IMG/VR virus record: IMGVR_UViG_2645727901_000003
Coordinates: 1 to 38,370 of that record
Direction: 5' to 3' (one strand)
DNA length: 38,370 nucleotides
DNA from: a virus
Lineage: Duplodnaviria > Heunggongvirae > Uroviricota > Caudoviricetes
The notes under the pieces are model-generated. The model was given only the letters and a program-made list of their open reading frames with translations. It had not been told where the DNA came from and did not search any database. Positions 1 to 8,347 of this stretch are shown here, piece by piece. Both the position numbers and the translations under genes were made by a program. Position 1 is the first letter of the stretch. Every line of letters begins with the position of its first letter.

Positions 1-113
1 CGGAAGTCGCTGTCGTTCTCAAAATCGGTGGAGCTGCATGACAAAGTCATCGGGCATTATCTGAACATAAAACACTATCAATAAGTTGGAGTCATTACCC
101 ATTCTGCGTTTCC

Positions 114-908
114 TCACCAAATTCGCTTCGGGCTTGGTGTATTCTCTCCAGCTAACGCTTTTTCATCAGCGGCTATCTGTTGTGATTCTTTATCTGCCTG
201 AGCCTGTGCCAGTGTTGCTGCAGCGTTTTGCTGGGCTACCAGGAGCGAGCGGATTTGCAGCAGCTGGTTCGTTTGAGCACTTGCAAGCTGGTTAGCGGCC
301 TGAATAGCTTCCATTTGCCCTTGTGCGCCGGTTGCCTGAGTTTGCAAATCTGCCAGGTTATCAGCATCGCTTTGCAGTGTTTCTTGCTGTTCATCAAGAG
401 CCTTAAAAACGGCGTCATTGGCCTTTTTACGCGCCTCAGAGCTGTTCTGTTCTGCTTTACGCAGTGCGCTGATTTCATCTGCAGTACATTCAACATTACT
501 GTTAAAGCACGGTGATGAGCGGTAGTAATTCACGTCCTGATAACGTTTCAGATATGAATCAAGACTCCCGGCCTGATTTTTGTAGTAATTAAGAGTGTCC
601 TGCGCCTGCAACAATTTGTTGATGGTTGAATTGGCCTGATCCCAGATATAGGCCGCAGGTGCGACGGTATTTTTGAGCATGTTTTCATACTGCTGCAGCT
701 GCGTCTGGTACTGCTGGATCTGTTTAGTCACAGCCTGAACGTTGTTAACTGCGCTGATTGTGGTCTGAACCACATTAGTGCCATCAATAACGGGAATTCC
801 GGCCTTAACCGGTAATGCCATGACGGACGCCACGAAAGGAACTATTAAAGCTTTTTTAGCGGCTAAAATCCCTCTTTGTAATGAAACCACTCGGAACATT
901 AAATTCAT
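114..908 (-). CDS. trbJ: P-type conjugative transfer protein TrbJ-like (VirB5 family)
   Basis: 264 aa; N-terminal signal-like segment then AGIPVIDGTN, YQDVNYYRSSPC and ANQLASAQTNQLLQIRSLLVAQQNA motifs recalled from RP4 TrbJ; ATG at 908 with GAGGTGA Shine-Dalgarno. Confidence 0.7.
   Translation of the reverse strand: MNLMFRVVSLQRGILAAKKALIVPFVASVMALPVKAGIPVIDGTNVVQTTISAVNNVQAVTKQIQQYQTQLQQYENMLKNTVAPAAYIWDQANSTINKLLQAQDTLNYYKNQAGSLDSYLKRYQDVNYYRSSPCFNSNVECTADEISALRKAEQNSSEARKKANDAVFKALDEQQETLQSDADNLADLQTQATGAQGQMEAIQAANQLASAQTNQLLQIRSLLVAQQNAAATLAQAQADKESQQIAADEKALAGENTPSPKRIW
855..867. promoter_or_regulatory. KorB operator (OB)-like palindrome TTTAGCGGCTAAA
   Basis: Exact match to the IncP-1 OB consensus TTTAGC(G/C)GCTAAA; lies in the 5' end of the trbJ-like ORF. 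Confidence 0.55.
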
Positions 909-989
909 TTGCTCACCTCTTTTTCATCAGTTCAGTAATATTTAACACACTGTCTTTTAACAGACGCAGGTATATAGGAAACCACACAT

Positions 990-1343
990 TTATTTATCCA
1001 AGATTTTATCCATAATGTTCCTTAGTTCTTGCCGAGTTGATTCTATTTTCGCAAGCAAGGTTCTTATCAGGGTGGGTGAAAAATCAACTGTTCGAGGATC
1101 ATTTGCGAGCCATAATTTAAGTAATCCGCCAAGTCTTCCAAGATCAGCGTTTACTCGGCTAAGTTCATTAACCTGTTTTATATCTACGATAGAATCAACC
1201 TGATAACCCATTGCAACTCTACGAACAAAACAGGCAACACTTAATCCAGATGCTTCTGCATTTTCTTGGATGAGAATTTTTTCTTCGGGTAAACAATAAA
1301 CTTTTATTGGCGTACTATTTTTTCTAGTCTGAGTAACTTTCAT
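990..1343 (-). CDS. Putative mobilization/relaxosome accessory protein (MobC-like)
   Basis: 117 aa from ATG at 1343 with GGAGAG Shine-Dalgarno (ORF track extends to 1430); LxRxxxxLxxLxxxL pattern reminiscent of MobC; sits beside the oriT/oriV-like intergenic region. Confidence 0.4.
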   Translation of the reverse strand: MKVTQTRKNSTPIKVYCLPEEKILIQENAEASGLSVACFVRRVAMGYQVDSIVDIKQVNELSRVNADLGRLGGLLKLWLANDPRTVDFSPTLIRTLLAKIESTRQELRNIMDKILDK

Positions 1344-1734
1344 ATAGCTCTCCATACAGGCGGTAGCCTGGCAGAGCAGGACGCCCTTGAGCCGCGATGC
1401 GGCGAATAGGGAGTGGTAAAGTTGGAACACCGTAGCGGTGGGCCTACTTTACATGTCCTGCCCTCCTGTTGCCGTAGTATATCTGTGCACATCAATGTGT
1501 ATTTCAGTGTACAGGATGTGTTTTCTTAGCGTATTAATATAGGATTACTCGGGTAAAGATCTGCAGCAAATGTGTTTCTTGCAAGGAAACTATATTTCTC
1601 CCTTTTGAAAATGACCTTTAGTAGTTATAAATGGGCGTCCACCAACTGTATTTATGTTTCGATATATTGTAAGAAATATTTTATTTTCTCATGCACTTTT
1701 TTACTTACATTGTCAAAGCATGTGCATTGCAGAT

Positions 1735-1747
1735 TTTAGCGGCTAAA
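1735..1747. promoter_or_regulatory. KorB operator (OB)-like palindrome TTTAGCGGCTAAA
   Basis: Exact OB consensus, next to an AT-rich stretch (about 1600..1730) in the origin-like intergenic region. Confidence 0.6.
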
Positions 1748-1960
1748 ATCTTCCTCCCTATGCCTAAAGCTAGGGGCGTACCTCATATGTCATAAAACCT
1801 ACCTCAAGTGTCAATATACCAAACGAGTAAGTAATCTCTTCTTCTGGCGTACAACCATCGGCCTTTGGCCGATTCTAGATTTGAAAGCGCCTGCTCAGGC
1901 AGGTGATTTCAAAGACTGTAGATCCTGAACGATCCTGTAAATACTGCTGAATAGTAAAAA

Positions 1961-2044
1961 ATCGGGCCGCTGTAGCACGCTACCGGGCCGCTATAACACG
2001 CTATCGGGCCGTTGTGACACAATATCGGGCCGTTGTGACACGTT
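1961..2044. repeat. Four tandem 21-bp iterons (putative oriV)
   Basis: ATCGGGCCGCTGTAGCACGCT / ACCGGGCCGCTATAACACGCT / ATCGGGCCGTTGTGACACAAT / ATCGGGCCGTTGTGACACGTT in head-to-tail array; followed by TTATCCTAG (DnaA-box-like). Confidence 0.75.
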
Positions 2045-2795
2045 TTATCCTAGAACCGTTCAAATCAATTCCAATTTCCAGCAATTGCACGGAATCTTCT
2101 TTCAATCTCCGACGATAGTTACGTAAAGTCATATTACTCGTTCCTTCACCGCATACTGCTAATATCAACGTATCCATATACCACCCTCCTAAAGGATTAT
2201 TACTATGGGTTAAGACATGACGAGCGACTGCCTGGCTAATACCATGTTGTAGCCGAGCTATGGGGCCAGGATGATAATAAAATGGCAAATCTTTTTTGAG
2301 TAACATCGCTAATGCAACACCCAGACGGACACGCCATAAACGGCGTTCTCCCCCAGTCAAAGGATCTGGACGCGTCATAGGTGATGGCACTACATGATCG
2401 ATCAGTCCCCCTATTATACAGTCGCCGCTTTTCTCCAGCTCTGGCGTTATAATTTCAACTGTTGCGACGCGCAGATCTAAAAGCAATTTCTGTATACGAC
2501 CATAACTGTATTGTGCATCGGATAGCGTTCGGCGTACTTTCGCTGGATCTACTAATAATTCGATTCCACCATCAGAAATTTCACGACGTTGCTCGGCAAC
2601 ATATAATATTGTCTCTACGATATCGGCATGACGCTGTCCGAGCCGTCCGGTAACACGACAACGACCAAAACTAGTCTCCATCCATTGTCCCTTCACCTCC
2701 TTAGGACGCTGGCTTGGCTGGTACAGAATTACTCGGGCTTGCCAAGCTGTACTTGTGGGTGCCACTTTATTACCAGTTGTCATTGTCAGCGCCAC
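2001..2795 (-). CDS. Putative iteron-binding replication initiator (IncQ RepC-like)
   Basis: 264 aa; C-terminal segment GGWYMDTLILAVCGEGTSNMTLRNYRRRL resembles recalled RSF1010 RepC; iterons directly at its 3' end; overlaps helicase gene end. Confidence 0.45.
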   Translation of the reverse strand: MALTMTTGNKVAPTSTAWQARVILYQPSQRPKEVKGQWMETSFGRCRVTGRLGQRHADIVETILYVAEQRREISDGGIELLVDPAKVRRTLSDAQYSYGRIQKLLLDLRVATVEIITPELEKSGDCIIGGLIDHVVPSPMTRPDPLTGGERRLWRVRLGVALAMLLKKDLPFYYHPGPIARLQHGISQAVARHVLTHSNNPLGGWYMDTLILAVCGEGTSNMTLRNYRRRLKEDSVQLLEIGIDLNGSRIKRVTTARYCVTTAR

Positions 2796-3627
2796 TCCAG
2801 GTAGATGTTCTTTCTTTAGTAAGCTTTTTATTATTCTTCGAGCTGAGCGCCGTTATTTTTAATACTCCCCCCTCATGTCTCTGTAACCAACGATCTGGCG
2901 CACGTTCTCCATAATTTACTTTATTTATTCCAAATCTAACAAATTGACCTCGAACATCATCAGAAATACCATACGTCTTCGCTTCCAAGGCGGTCATGCC
3001 CGCCAGATAAGATTGCCACCGTATATTATCAACCAGGACGCTACTACCCCTGCTTGCCTGCTGTATATCACCAACCCCCATCGTGGCAGCGCCTTTGTTT
3101 GAATGGTGTAGAAATATAATCGAACATCCAGTATCAGCAGCAATACCTTCTAGCTTTCCAATGACTTTGGACATTGCTGCGCTATTATTCTCATCCTCCT
3201 GGTGGAAACGGCGAAGAGTATCCAAAATTATTAAACGTCTACCTTTTGAAACTTCATTGATCAAGTTGCTCCAATCCGGCAAGAAAATATTTGGACACTT
3301 CCCTACCAAAGGTTCGACCAGTAGCTTATCAGCTACAATCTGCTGCTGACGTGCTGTTAGATATTTTCCCAACGCATATAAACGATGGTGAACGATGGTT
3401 TCAGAGTCCTCCACAGGTAAATATGCCACCAACCCAGTCGGATATTCACCAAAGTTTAAAAGATCTACACCACAAGTAATCTGCACAGCCAATTGTAATG
3501 CCAGCATTGACTTTCCAGCGCCTCCCGGAGAAACAATCGCTCCGATAGTACCAATAGCCAAATTAGGCAAGACGTAATCAATTGGTTGTGGCTTAGCTTC
3601 AAATGCTTCCATTATGTTCAATGACAT
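2770..3627 (-). CDS. RepA-like replicative helicase (RecA-fold ATPase)
   Basis: 285 aa; Walker A SPGGAGKS, Walker B-like LIILD; ATG at 3627. Confidence 0.65.
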   Translation of the reverse strand: MSLNIMEAFEAKPQPIDYVLPNLAIGTIGAIVSPGGAGKSMLALQLAVQITCGVDLLNFGEYPTGLVAYLPVEDSETIVHHRLYALGKYLTARQQQIVADKLLVEPLVGKCPNIFLPDWSNLINEVSKGRRLIILDTLRRFHQEDENNSAAMSKVIGKLEGIAADTGCSIIFLHHSNKGAATMGVGDIQQASRGSSVLVDNIRWQSYLAGMTALEAKTYGISDDVRGQFVRFGINKVNYGERAPDRWLQRHEGGVLKITALSSKNNKKLTKERTSTWSGADNDNW

Positions 3628-3632
3628 TGCTG

Positions 3633-3863
3633 TTACCTACCTAAAACAACACCGGGTCTGGCCGCTTTAAACATTGCTGATTTACGATCCGCAATCCACT
3701 GTTCCACTTCGGATAACTGCCATGCAACATTTCGACTAGTAAGTGCTATACGGCGAGGAAACTCGCCTCGCTGTTCAAGGTTATAAATAGTGCGGGCTGA
3801 CAATGGGATCATTTCCAGAAGTGTTTTTCTGTTAATGAGCGTGCTATGTGCCTTTGTTTGCAT
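3633..3863 (-). CDS. alpA: AlpA-family HTH regulator (prophage CP4-57-type / excisionase-like)
   Basis: LSARTIYNLEQRGEFPRRIAL...WQLSEVEQWIADR matches AlpA HTH pattern; ATG at 3863 with perfect AGGAGG (ORF track start at 3884 is a TTG codon). Confidence 0.7.
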   Translation of the reverse strand: MQTKAHSTLINRKTLLEMIPLSARTIYNLEQRGEFPRRIALTSRNVAWQLSEVEQWIADRKSAMFKAARPGVVLGR

Positions 3864-3940
3864 CTGCCTTCCTCCTGTTTCCAATCAGGCCTATACAATG
3901 CCAAGCATTACCACTTGCTAAAACCTATTCATTGGCTAAA

Positions 3941-4912
3941 ATGGTTGACATGAAAATTACTATCTGGGAAGGCTGTGACCTCACAGTTGCAGCTGCAATT
4001 AAATTATTTGTAGAGCGTAGTTATCCGTACTCCATATTTTCACGGAGGTATCCAATACTGCGTCTCATACAGGAAGTTATTGATCCAGCAGTAGCTGCTT
4101 ATGTAAATTCCCTGCCACCAAGTCATAAAGACTACATTTCTGGAGTAAATCTAGGATTTAGTGATGTACTTAAAAAAGTGGGCTTAAACGTCGTAGTACA
4201 GGCACAAAGACTTCTTTTGCGTAATTTCGTTCTGACTTTAGATCAACAAACTTCTCTTGATAAATGCTTTACCGCTACGATTGAGTCTCTTATTGAATTA
4301 GTCAGTGAGTGCGCATCCAAGCGGCCGAAGAAATCCTCTCCTGCAAAAGGAGTAACTATAAATTCACAGCGTAAGCTCGGTTATTGCGAGTTCTGCGGTA
4401 ATCTAACCGAATTTTCCAAGTTGATCAGTGAGATATCAGAATTTGTTGCTAACGATAATGAGTTCCCCGTTCATGAAAAACAGGTCCTTAGTCATCGATA
4501 TTGTTCTGACCATAGGCCCAAACTCACCAATGGTCTATGGAATCCCAAATACAGACAAGGAAAGCGGTCTCTCGAACAGTTCAATAAAGAATTAATAAGG
4601 CTTAGACGGCAATGCGCTAAACCGCATAAAGCTAACGCAAACACAGGGGATATATTGATTGATACCTATTTTCATGAGTGGATGCAGGGTCAAACTTTAA
4701 CCCCAGCAGATCTAGATAAACTTAGGAATATTGCCAGACGAATGGTTGACTCCAAATTCACTGATACTAAGAAAAAAATAATCATATTAAAACACCAAGG
4801 TTTTAACCAGTTTGAAACCGCACAGGTTTTAGAAAAAAATCACTACACAACTATGACAAAGCAGGCTGTGTCCAAGGCCTTAGCGTCTGTGAGGAAAGAA
4901 TTTTATATTTAA
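3941..4912 (+). CDS. Hypothetical cargo protein with Cys-containing central region and C-terminal HTH-like segment
   Basis: AT-rich ORF; GYCEFCGN...YCSDH; C-terminal FETAQVLEKNHYTTMTKQAVSKALASVRK helix-turn-helix-like; start uncertain (ATG 3941 or GTG 3848). Confidence 0.4.
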   Translation: MVDMKITIWEGCDLTVAAAIKLFVERSYPYSIFSRRYPILRLIQEVIDPAVAAYVNSLPPSHKDYISGVNLGFSDVLKKVGLNVVVQAQRLLLRNFVLTLDQQTSLDKCFTATIESLIELVSECASKRPKKSSPAKGVTINSQRKLGYCEFCGNLTEFSKLISEISEFVANDNEFPVHEKQVLSHRYCSDHRPKLTNGLWNPKYRQGKRSLEQFNKELIRLRRQCAKPHKANANTGDILIDTYFHEWMQGQTLTPADLDKLRNIARRMVDSKFTDTKKKIIILKHQGFNQFETAQVLEKNHYTTMTKQAVSKALASVRKEFYI

Positions 4913-5337
4913 AATAGTATATCCACGAGCTATTATGGTGGCAGTTTAAGTCTTAATATCATCCACTTTATTGAATTATAACCAGCCACTTACGAGGGTT
5001 TTTCGCGATTACCCTGCTTCAAATTGATGATTTTGAAAATACAGTATTATAGTTTATTGTTTGTAGCGCAGCTGTAAGCGTTATGCAAAACGGATCACAG
5101 TGATACTACCTCACCAGTAAATCACTGAAGCCGATCTGTAATGACATAGAACGAATTGGTTTTATGGTTATGCAATGGCTCATCCCCTTACTTGTCCCTG
5201 ACCATAAAAAGCATTCGCTTTCCTGAAAGCAAGTCTAAGCCAAGGGGCGTTTACAGTTGTCTTCTCTTGGCTCATTAGGTACTGGCTTAATTATTAGAAT
5301 CATGTCGGTGGCATTTAAGTCCAAATATGCCCAAACT

Positions 5338-5350
5338 TTTAGCAGCTAAA
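5338..5350. promoter_or_regulatory. KorB operator-like palindrome, centre variant TTTAGCAGCTAAA
   Basis: Perfect 13-bp palindrome differing from OB consensus only at the central base. Confidence 0.45.
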
Positions 5351-5489
5351 ATTCGTCTTCTCATGTAGGGTCAAGAAGCTTATGACTTAACCTATTGATT
5401 ATGTGAATTACCTTGTGAGTATTACTCGTAGGATGGAATCTTCCAAAACTCTGACAATTCACTCTGAATGCATGGTAACAAAGAACAGT

Positions 5490-6119
5490 TTAAACCATGG
5501 TCTGTTCAGCGTTAAATTTCTCAAGATAGACTTCCATTTCGCGAGTCCACCTAGGGGTAGGTACCGAGGTGATCATTAGCCAAGGAAACCACCATACAAG
5601 CATGAAGAGTAACATAAGCGGTGCGATCATTTCGGCCGAAGAATGAGAAACTATATACATAATGAATAAGATTAGTAGAACTGTGTTTACAATCTGACCT
5701 ACCAGAAAAAGACGCCAGCGAAAACAATGCCATTTCCTGTTGAACACAATCCGTCCATCCCGTTCTTCGAGCCAGTTACGCCACGGCTTGAGATAACCAG
5801 CCCGCAACCCATAACGATCACACATTATTACAGCCAAATCCTGCAGCCGATAATTATACAAGCCTGTGAGCCGATAAAGGCTGCGCTGACGAAGCTCACG
5901 CTTTGCCAGACGGACCGCATTTTTATTCAAATATGGCTGTGTCAGCATTTGCTCTAGCCGGCGCTTCCTAAGATTGAGTAGTCCACGAAATACACTTCCA
6001 GATTCAGCATTAATTACTCTGTGACGAACTACACCGAGTGCAATATAGATACACAGCAATAGCCAGCCGGTCTTAGGGTATTGATTCATCCATTGTATAA
6101 TTACAGACAACTCAGGCAC
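5490..6119 (-). CDS. Hypothetical membrane protein (cargo)
   Basis: 209 aa; hydrophobic N-terminal segment and two C-terminal TM-like segments flanking a basic soluble region; AT-rich; GTG start with AAAGGA Shine-Dalgarno (alternative ATG at 6089). Confidence 0.45.
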   Translation of the reverse strand: MPELSVIIQWMNQYPKTGWLLLCIYIALGVVRHRVINAESGSVFRGLLNLRKRRLEQMLTQPYLNKNAVRLAKRELRQRSLYRLTGLYNYRLQDLAVIMCDRYGLRAGYLKPWRNWLEERDGRIVFNRKWHCFRWRLFLVGQIVNTVLLILFIMYIVSHSSAEMIAPLMLLFMLVWWFPWLMITSVPTPRWTREMEVYLEKFNAEQTMV

Positions 6120-6173
6120 TTTTATTTTTCCTTTTTATGCAATCCAGATAAAACCAGTAAAGATTCAGTAAAT

Positions 6174-6186
6174 TTTAGCGGCTAAA
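6174..6186. promoter_or_regulatory. KorB operator (OB)-like palindrome TTTAGCGGCTAAA
   Basis: Exact OB consensus about 55 bp upstream of the membrane-protein gene start. Confidence 0.6.
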
Positions 6187-6242
6187 ATTGCTCTCCTGGC
6201 GTAGATAAAAGAAGTATATCCACTTAAATCACTGATTATTAA

Positions 6243-7433
6243 CTACTTACTAGTCCATTCATCAATCATATTCGCCCAATCTTGTAGCATCTCGGCCCTC
6301 TGCTCACGATATTCAGCCTTGTTATAAACAGCTCGTACCCCCTTTTGTTCATGGGCAAGGCACTTCTCAATCCAGTCAGTATTGTACCCGGCCTCATGTA
6401 GCAAGGTGCTGGCAGTACGCCGTAAGTCATGGGGACCAAACTTAGGTAACAAGTCCCCTTCTTTCTGAGCCAGACGATACGTCAGTGTCAAAACCCGGTT
6501 TAAAGTAGCGCTACTCATTGGCGCATCGGAATCGTACCGCGAAGGAAGGATAAAATCAGAGCTACCGGCAAAGGTTTTGAGAGCAATCATAATATCCATT
6601 GCCTGTCTGGAAAGAAAAACCAAATGTGGATTACGTCGTTTCATCCTCTCCTTTGGTATCGTCCATAATGCCTCACTAAAATTGATCTCGTTCCAGGTTG
6701 CGTTAGTAAGCTCACTTTTACGTACCATCGTTAACAGCAAAAGTTTAACCGCTGCTCTGATTGATGGCGTCGTTCCTACCCGTTCCATGTACCGATACAT
6801 CAGACCAATTTCAACTGGCGTCAATGCCCTGTCACGAGGCTCAAATTTCGCTATGCTTGCAGGCCGTACCAGATCAGCGGGATTCTCAACCTTCTGACCG
6901 CGCTCAATAGCCCAGCGATAGACTTGCAATACAATCTCTCTGGCGTGCACAGCTGTCGCCGGTGCCCCTCTCTCGACAATGTTATCGGTTAATGCGCGTA
7001 AGTCTTCATGTGTAATCTCGGTCAATTTCTGCTGCGCAAATTTTGACTTCAACTCCCTTTGATATACCGAACGCCGCATATCACGCGTCGATTCAGCCAT
7101 TTGATAACCGCGTAACCATTTCTCAGCCCATGCACCAAAAGTCTCCGCATCTTTGATACGAGCTTTATCTCTAGCTTTTTCCCTCGCTGGCGATCTTCCA
7201 CTGGCAACCATTTTTTTAGCTTCATGGAGCCGTTCACGCGCTTCTGCAAGCGTGATCCCTCCAACACCATAGCGGCCAAAAGTAACGGTCTCCTGTCTTC
7301 CGTTTATTGAATAGTTATAACGAAATGAAATAGTTCCAGCCGGAGTGACCGCAACATACAGACCATCACGGTCATTAACTTTATAGAGTTTCTCCTTCGG
7401 CTTAAGGTGACGCAGCCTGGTGTCAGTCAACAT
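6243..7433 (-). CDS. int: Tyrosine site-specific integrase (P4-type phage integrase family)
   Basis: 396 aa; N-terminal arm-binding-type domain (LYKVNDRDGLYVAVTPAGTISFRY), catalytic box HDLRRTASTLL and LAHEQKGVRAVYNKAEY. Confidence 0.85.
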   Translation of the reverse strand: MLTDTRLRHLKPKEKLYKVNDRDGLYVAVTPAGTISFRYNYSINGRQETVTFGRYGVGGITLAEARERLHEAKKMVASGRSPAREKARDKARIKDAETFGAWAEKWLRGYQMAESTRDMRRSVYQRELKSKFAQQKLTEITHEDLRALTDNIVERGAPATAVHAREIVLQVYRWAIERGQKVENPADLVRPASIAKFEPRDRALTPVEIGLMYRYMERVGTTPSIRAAVKLLLLTMVRKSELTNATWNEINFSEALWTIPKERMKRRNPHLVFLSRQAMDIMIALKTFAGSSDFILPSRYDSDAPMSSATLNRVLTLTYRLAQKEGDLLPKFGPHDLRRTASTLLHEAGYNTDWIEKCLAHEQKGVRAVYNKAEYREQRAEMLQDWANMIDEWTSK

Positions 7434-7553
7434 GTTTTATTGTTTTCCTTTATCAAAAATACCATGTTGTAAAAAATTCAGAAAACTTGTTTAACTCTCT
7501 GTTTTTAATTGAGTTATAAAAAATAAATACCATAACTCAACCGAAATTTATCA

Positions 7554-7863
7554 CATGGTACTTTTTCAAACCTGAATTCGAAACCAGAGAGTACCATCAA
7601 AAATTCCATTGAAAAAACCGTGCTTCCCGTTGCTAACAGCTGCCAGAAAGTGCCAGATACAAAAACAAAAAAGCCCGCAGTTACGCGGGCTTAGAGGTAC
7701 TTTACTGCTTTTACGTGCAGGCTGTTGCCAGACGTTAAATCATTCCCACTCAATTATTTACGGACAACATAAGTAATTGACTGACAACAACTTTTAAAGA
7801 AACAAAATTTCCAATACCGTTTTATATACCGTCGCCGGAAATCAGTACCATGAAAAATGCCAT
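7554..7863. repeat. GTACCAT-containing direct and inverted repeats (candidate integrase arm sites / att region)
   Basis: AGTACCATCAAAAATTCCAT (7590..7609) vs AGTACCATGAAAAATGCCAT (7844..7863), 17/20 identical; inverted copy CATGGTACTTTTT (7554..7566). Confidence 0.4.
7663..7695 (-). terminator. Intrinsic terminator closing the prophage lysis operon
   Basis: GCCCGC-AGTTAC-GCGGGC hairpin followed on the minus strand by UUUUUUGUUUUUG. Confidence 0.7.
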
Positions 7864-7864
7864 G

Positions 7865-8347
7865 TCACCTGGTCAGCGAATCGTACTGCTTTTCACAGAC
7901 TCTTCCTGCTTCGGCTGCCCGATCAGCGTACTCTGCCAGTTGTCGGTTTCGCTCGAGAGATTTGCTGAGCAAGTCGGCAAGCAAAACACCGGTGTCTGCG
8001 GCTGACGGCCCAGCGCCGACAATGGCGTTATACTGCCTGAGCTGCTCACGGATGGCAACGAGCTGTTGCTGCAACCTGCCAGCGCGAGCGGCAGCATCAA
8101 GAGCATCATTGCGCGCCTGGTCGATCCTCTGCTGCGCTTTACGTTCATTGATTGCTTTCTCCTGTTCGTCGTGCTGACGAGCTTTATCATCTTCGGTTTT
8201 ACGGTCTGTCTTTGCCTGCGCATACCCGGCGTCATACTGTCGGCTGCCATGAACATTCCAGGCAACAACGCCGACGATCACCAGAGCAGCAAGCATCGCC
8301 ACGATAAGCAACTGTTTCCAGTACGCTTTCATGAATGCTCTGATCAT
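7865..8347 (-). CDS. Rz-like i-spanin
   Basis: 160 aa; N-terminal TM anchor then charged coiled-coil region; ATGA overlap with endolysin stop. Confidence 0.65.
   Translation of the reverse strand: MIRAFMKAYWKQLLIVAMLAALVIVGVVAWNVHGSRQYDAGYAQAKTDRKTEDDKARQHDEQEKAINERKAQQRIDQARNDALDAAARAGRLQQQLVAIREQLRQYNAIVGAGPSAADTGVLLADLLSKSLERNRQLAEYADRAAEAGRVCEKQYDSLTR
7873..8109 (-). CDS. Rz1-like o-spanin lipoprotein embedded in Rz (+1 frame)
   Basis: Internal start giving MMLLMLPLALAGC lipobox; 78 aa. Confidence 0.5.
   Translation of the reverse strand: MMLLMLPLALAGCSNSSLPSVSSSGSITPLSALGRQPQTPVFCLPTCSANLSSETDNWQSTLIGQPKQEESVKSSTIR

Larger units (their letters stand above)
1..7433 (-). mobile_element. 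Plasmid/ICE-like integrative module (partial, continues beyond left edge): conjugation, mobilization, IncQ-like replication, AlpA, integrase, cargo
   Basis: Co-linear minus-strand genes trbJ-like, mobC-like, repC-like, repA-like helicase, alpA, int; iterons; four KorB-operator palindromes. Confidence 0.6.

Noticed and set aside
2011-2040. Link between the iteron core TTGTGACAC and the prophage palindrome GTGACATGTCAC
   Set aside because: They share only a 7-mer (TGTGACA), expected several times by chance
3848-3940. N-terminal extensions given by the ORF track (3848 GTG for the cargo ORF; also 1430, 3884, 35074, 37619, 29155)
   Set aside because: The extensions start at TTG/GTG or overlap upstream genes, while internal ATGs with good Shine-Dalgarno sequences give non-overlapping, coupled genes
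4916-6223. 11-bp direct repeat AGTATATCCAC (4916..4926 and 6213..6223) as att-like cassette boundaries
   Set aside because: An 11-mer pair is expected by chance many times in a 38-kb window
7434-7864. tRNA or tmRNA gene beside the integrase as attachment target
   Set aside because: No cloverleaf-compatible sequence or GTTCGAATCC-type T-loop found; only hairpins and short repeats
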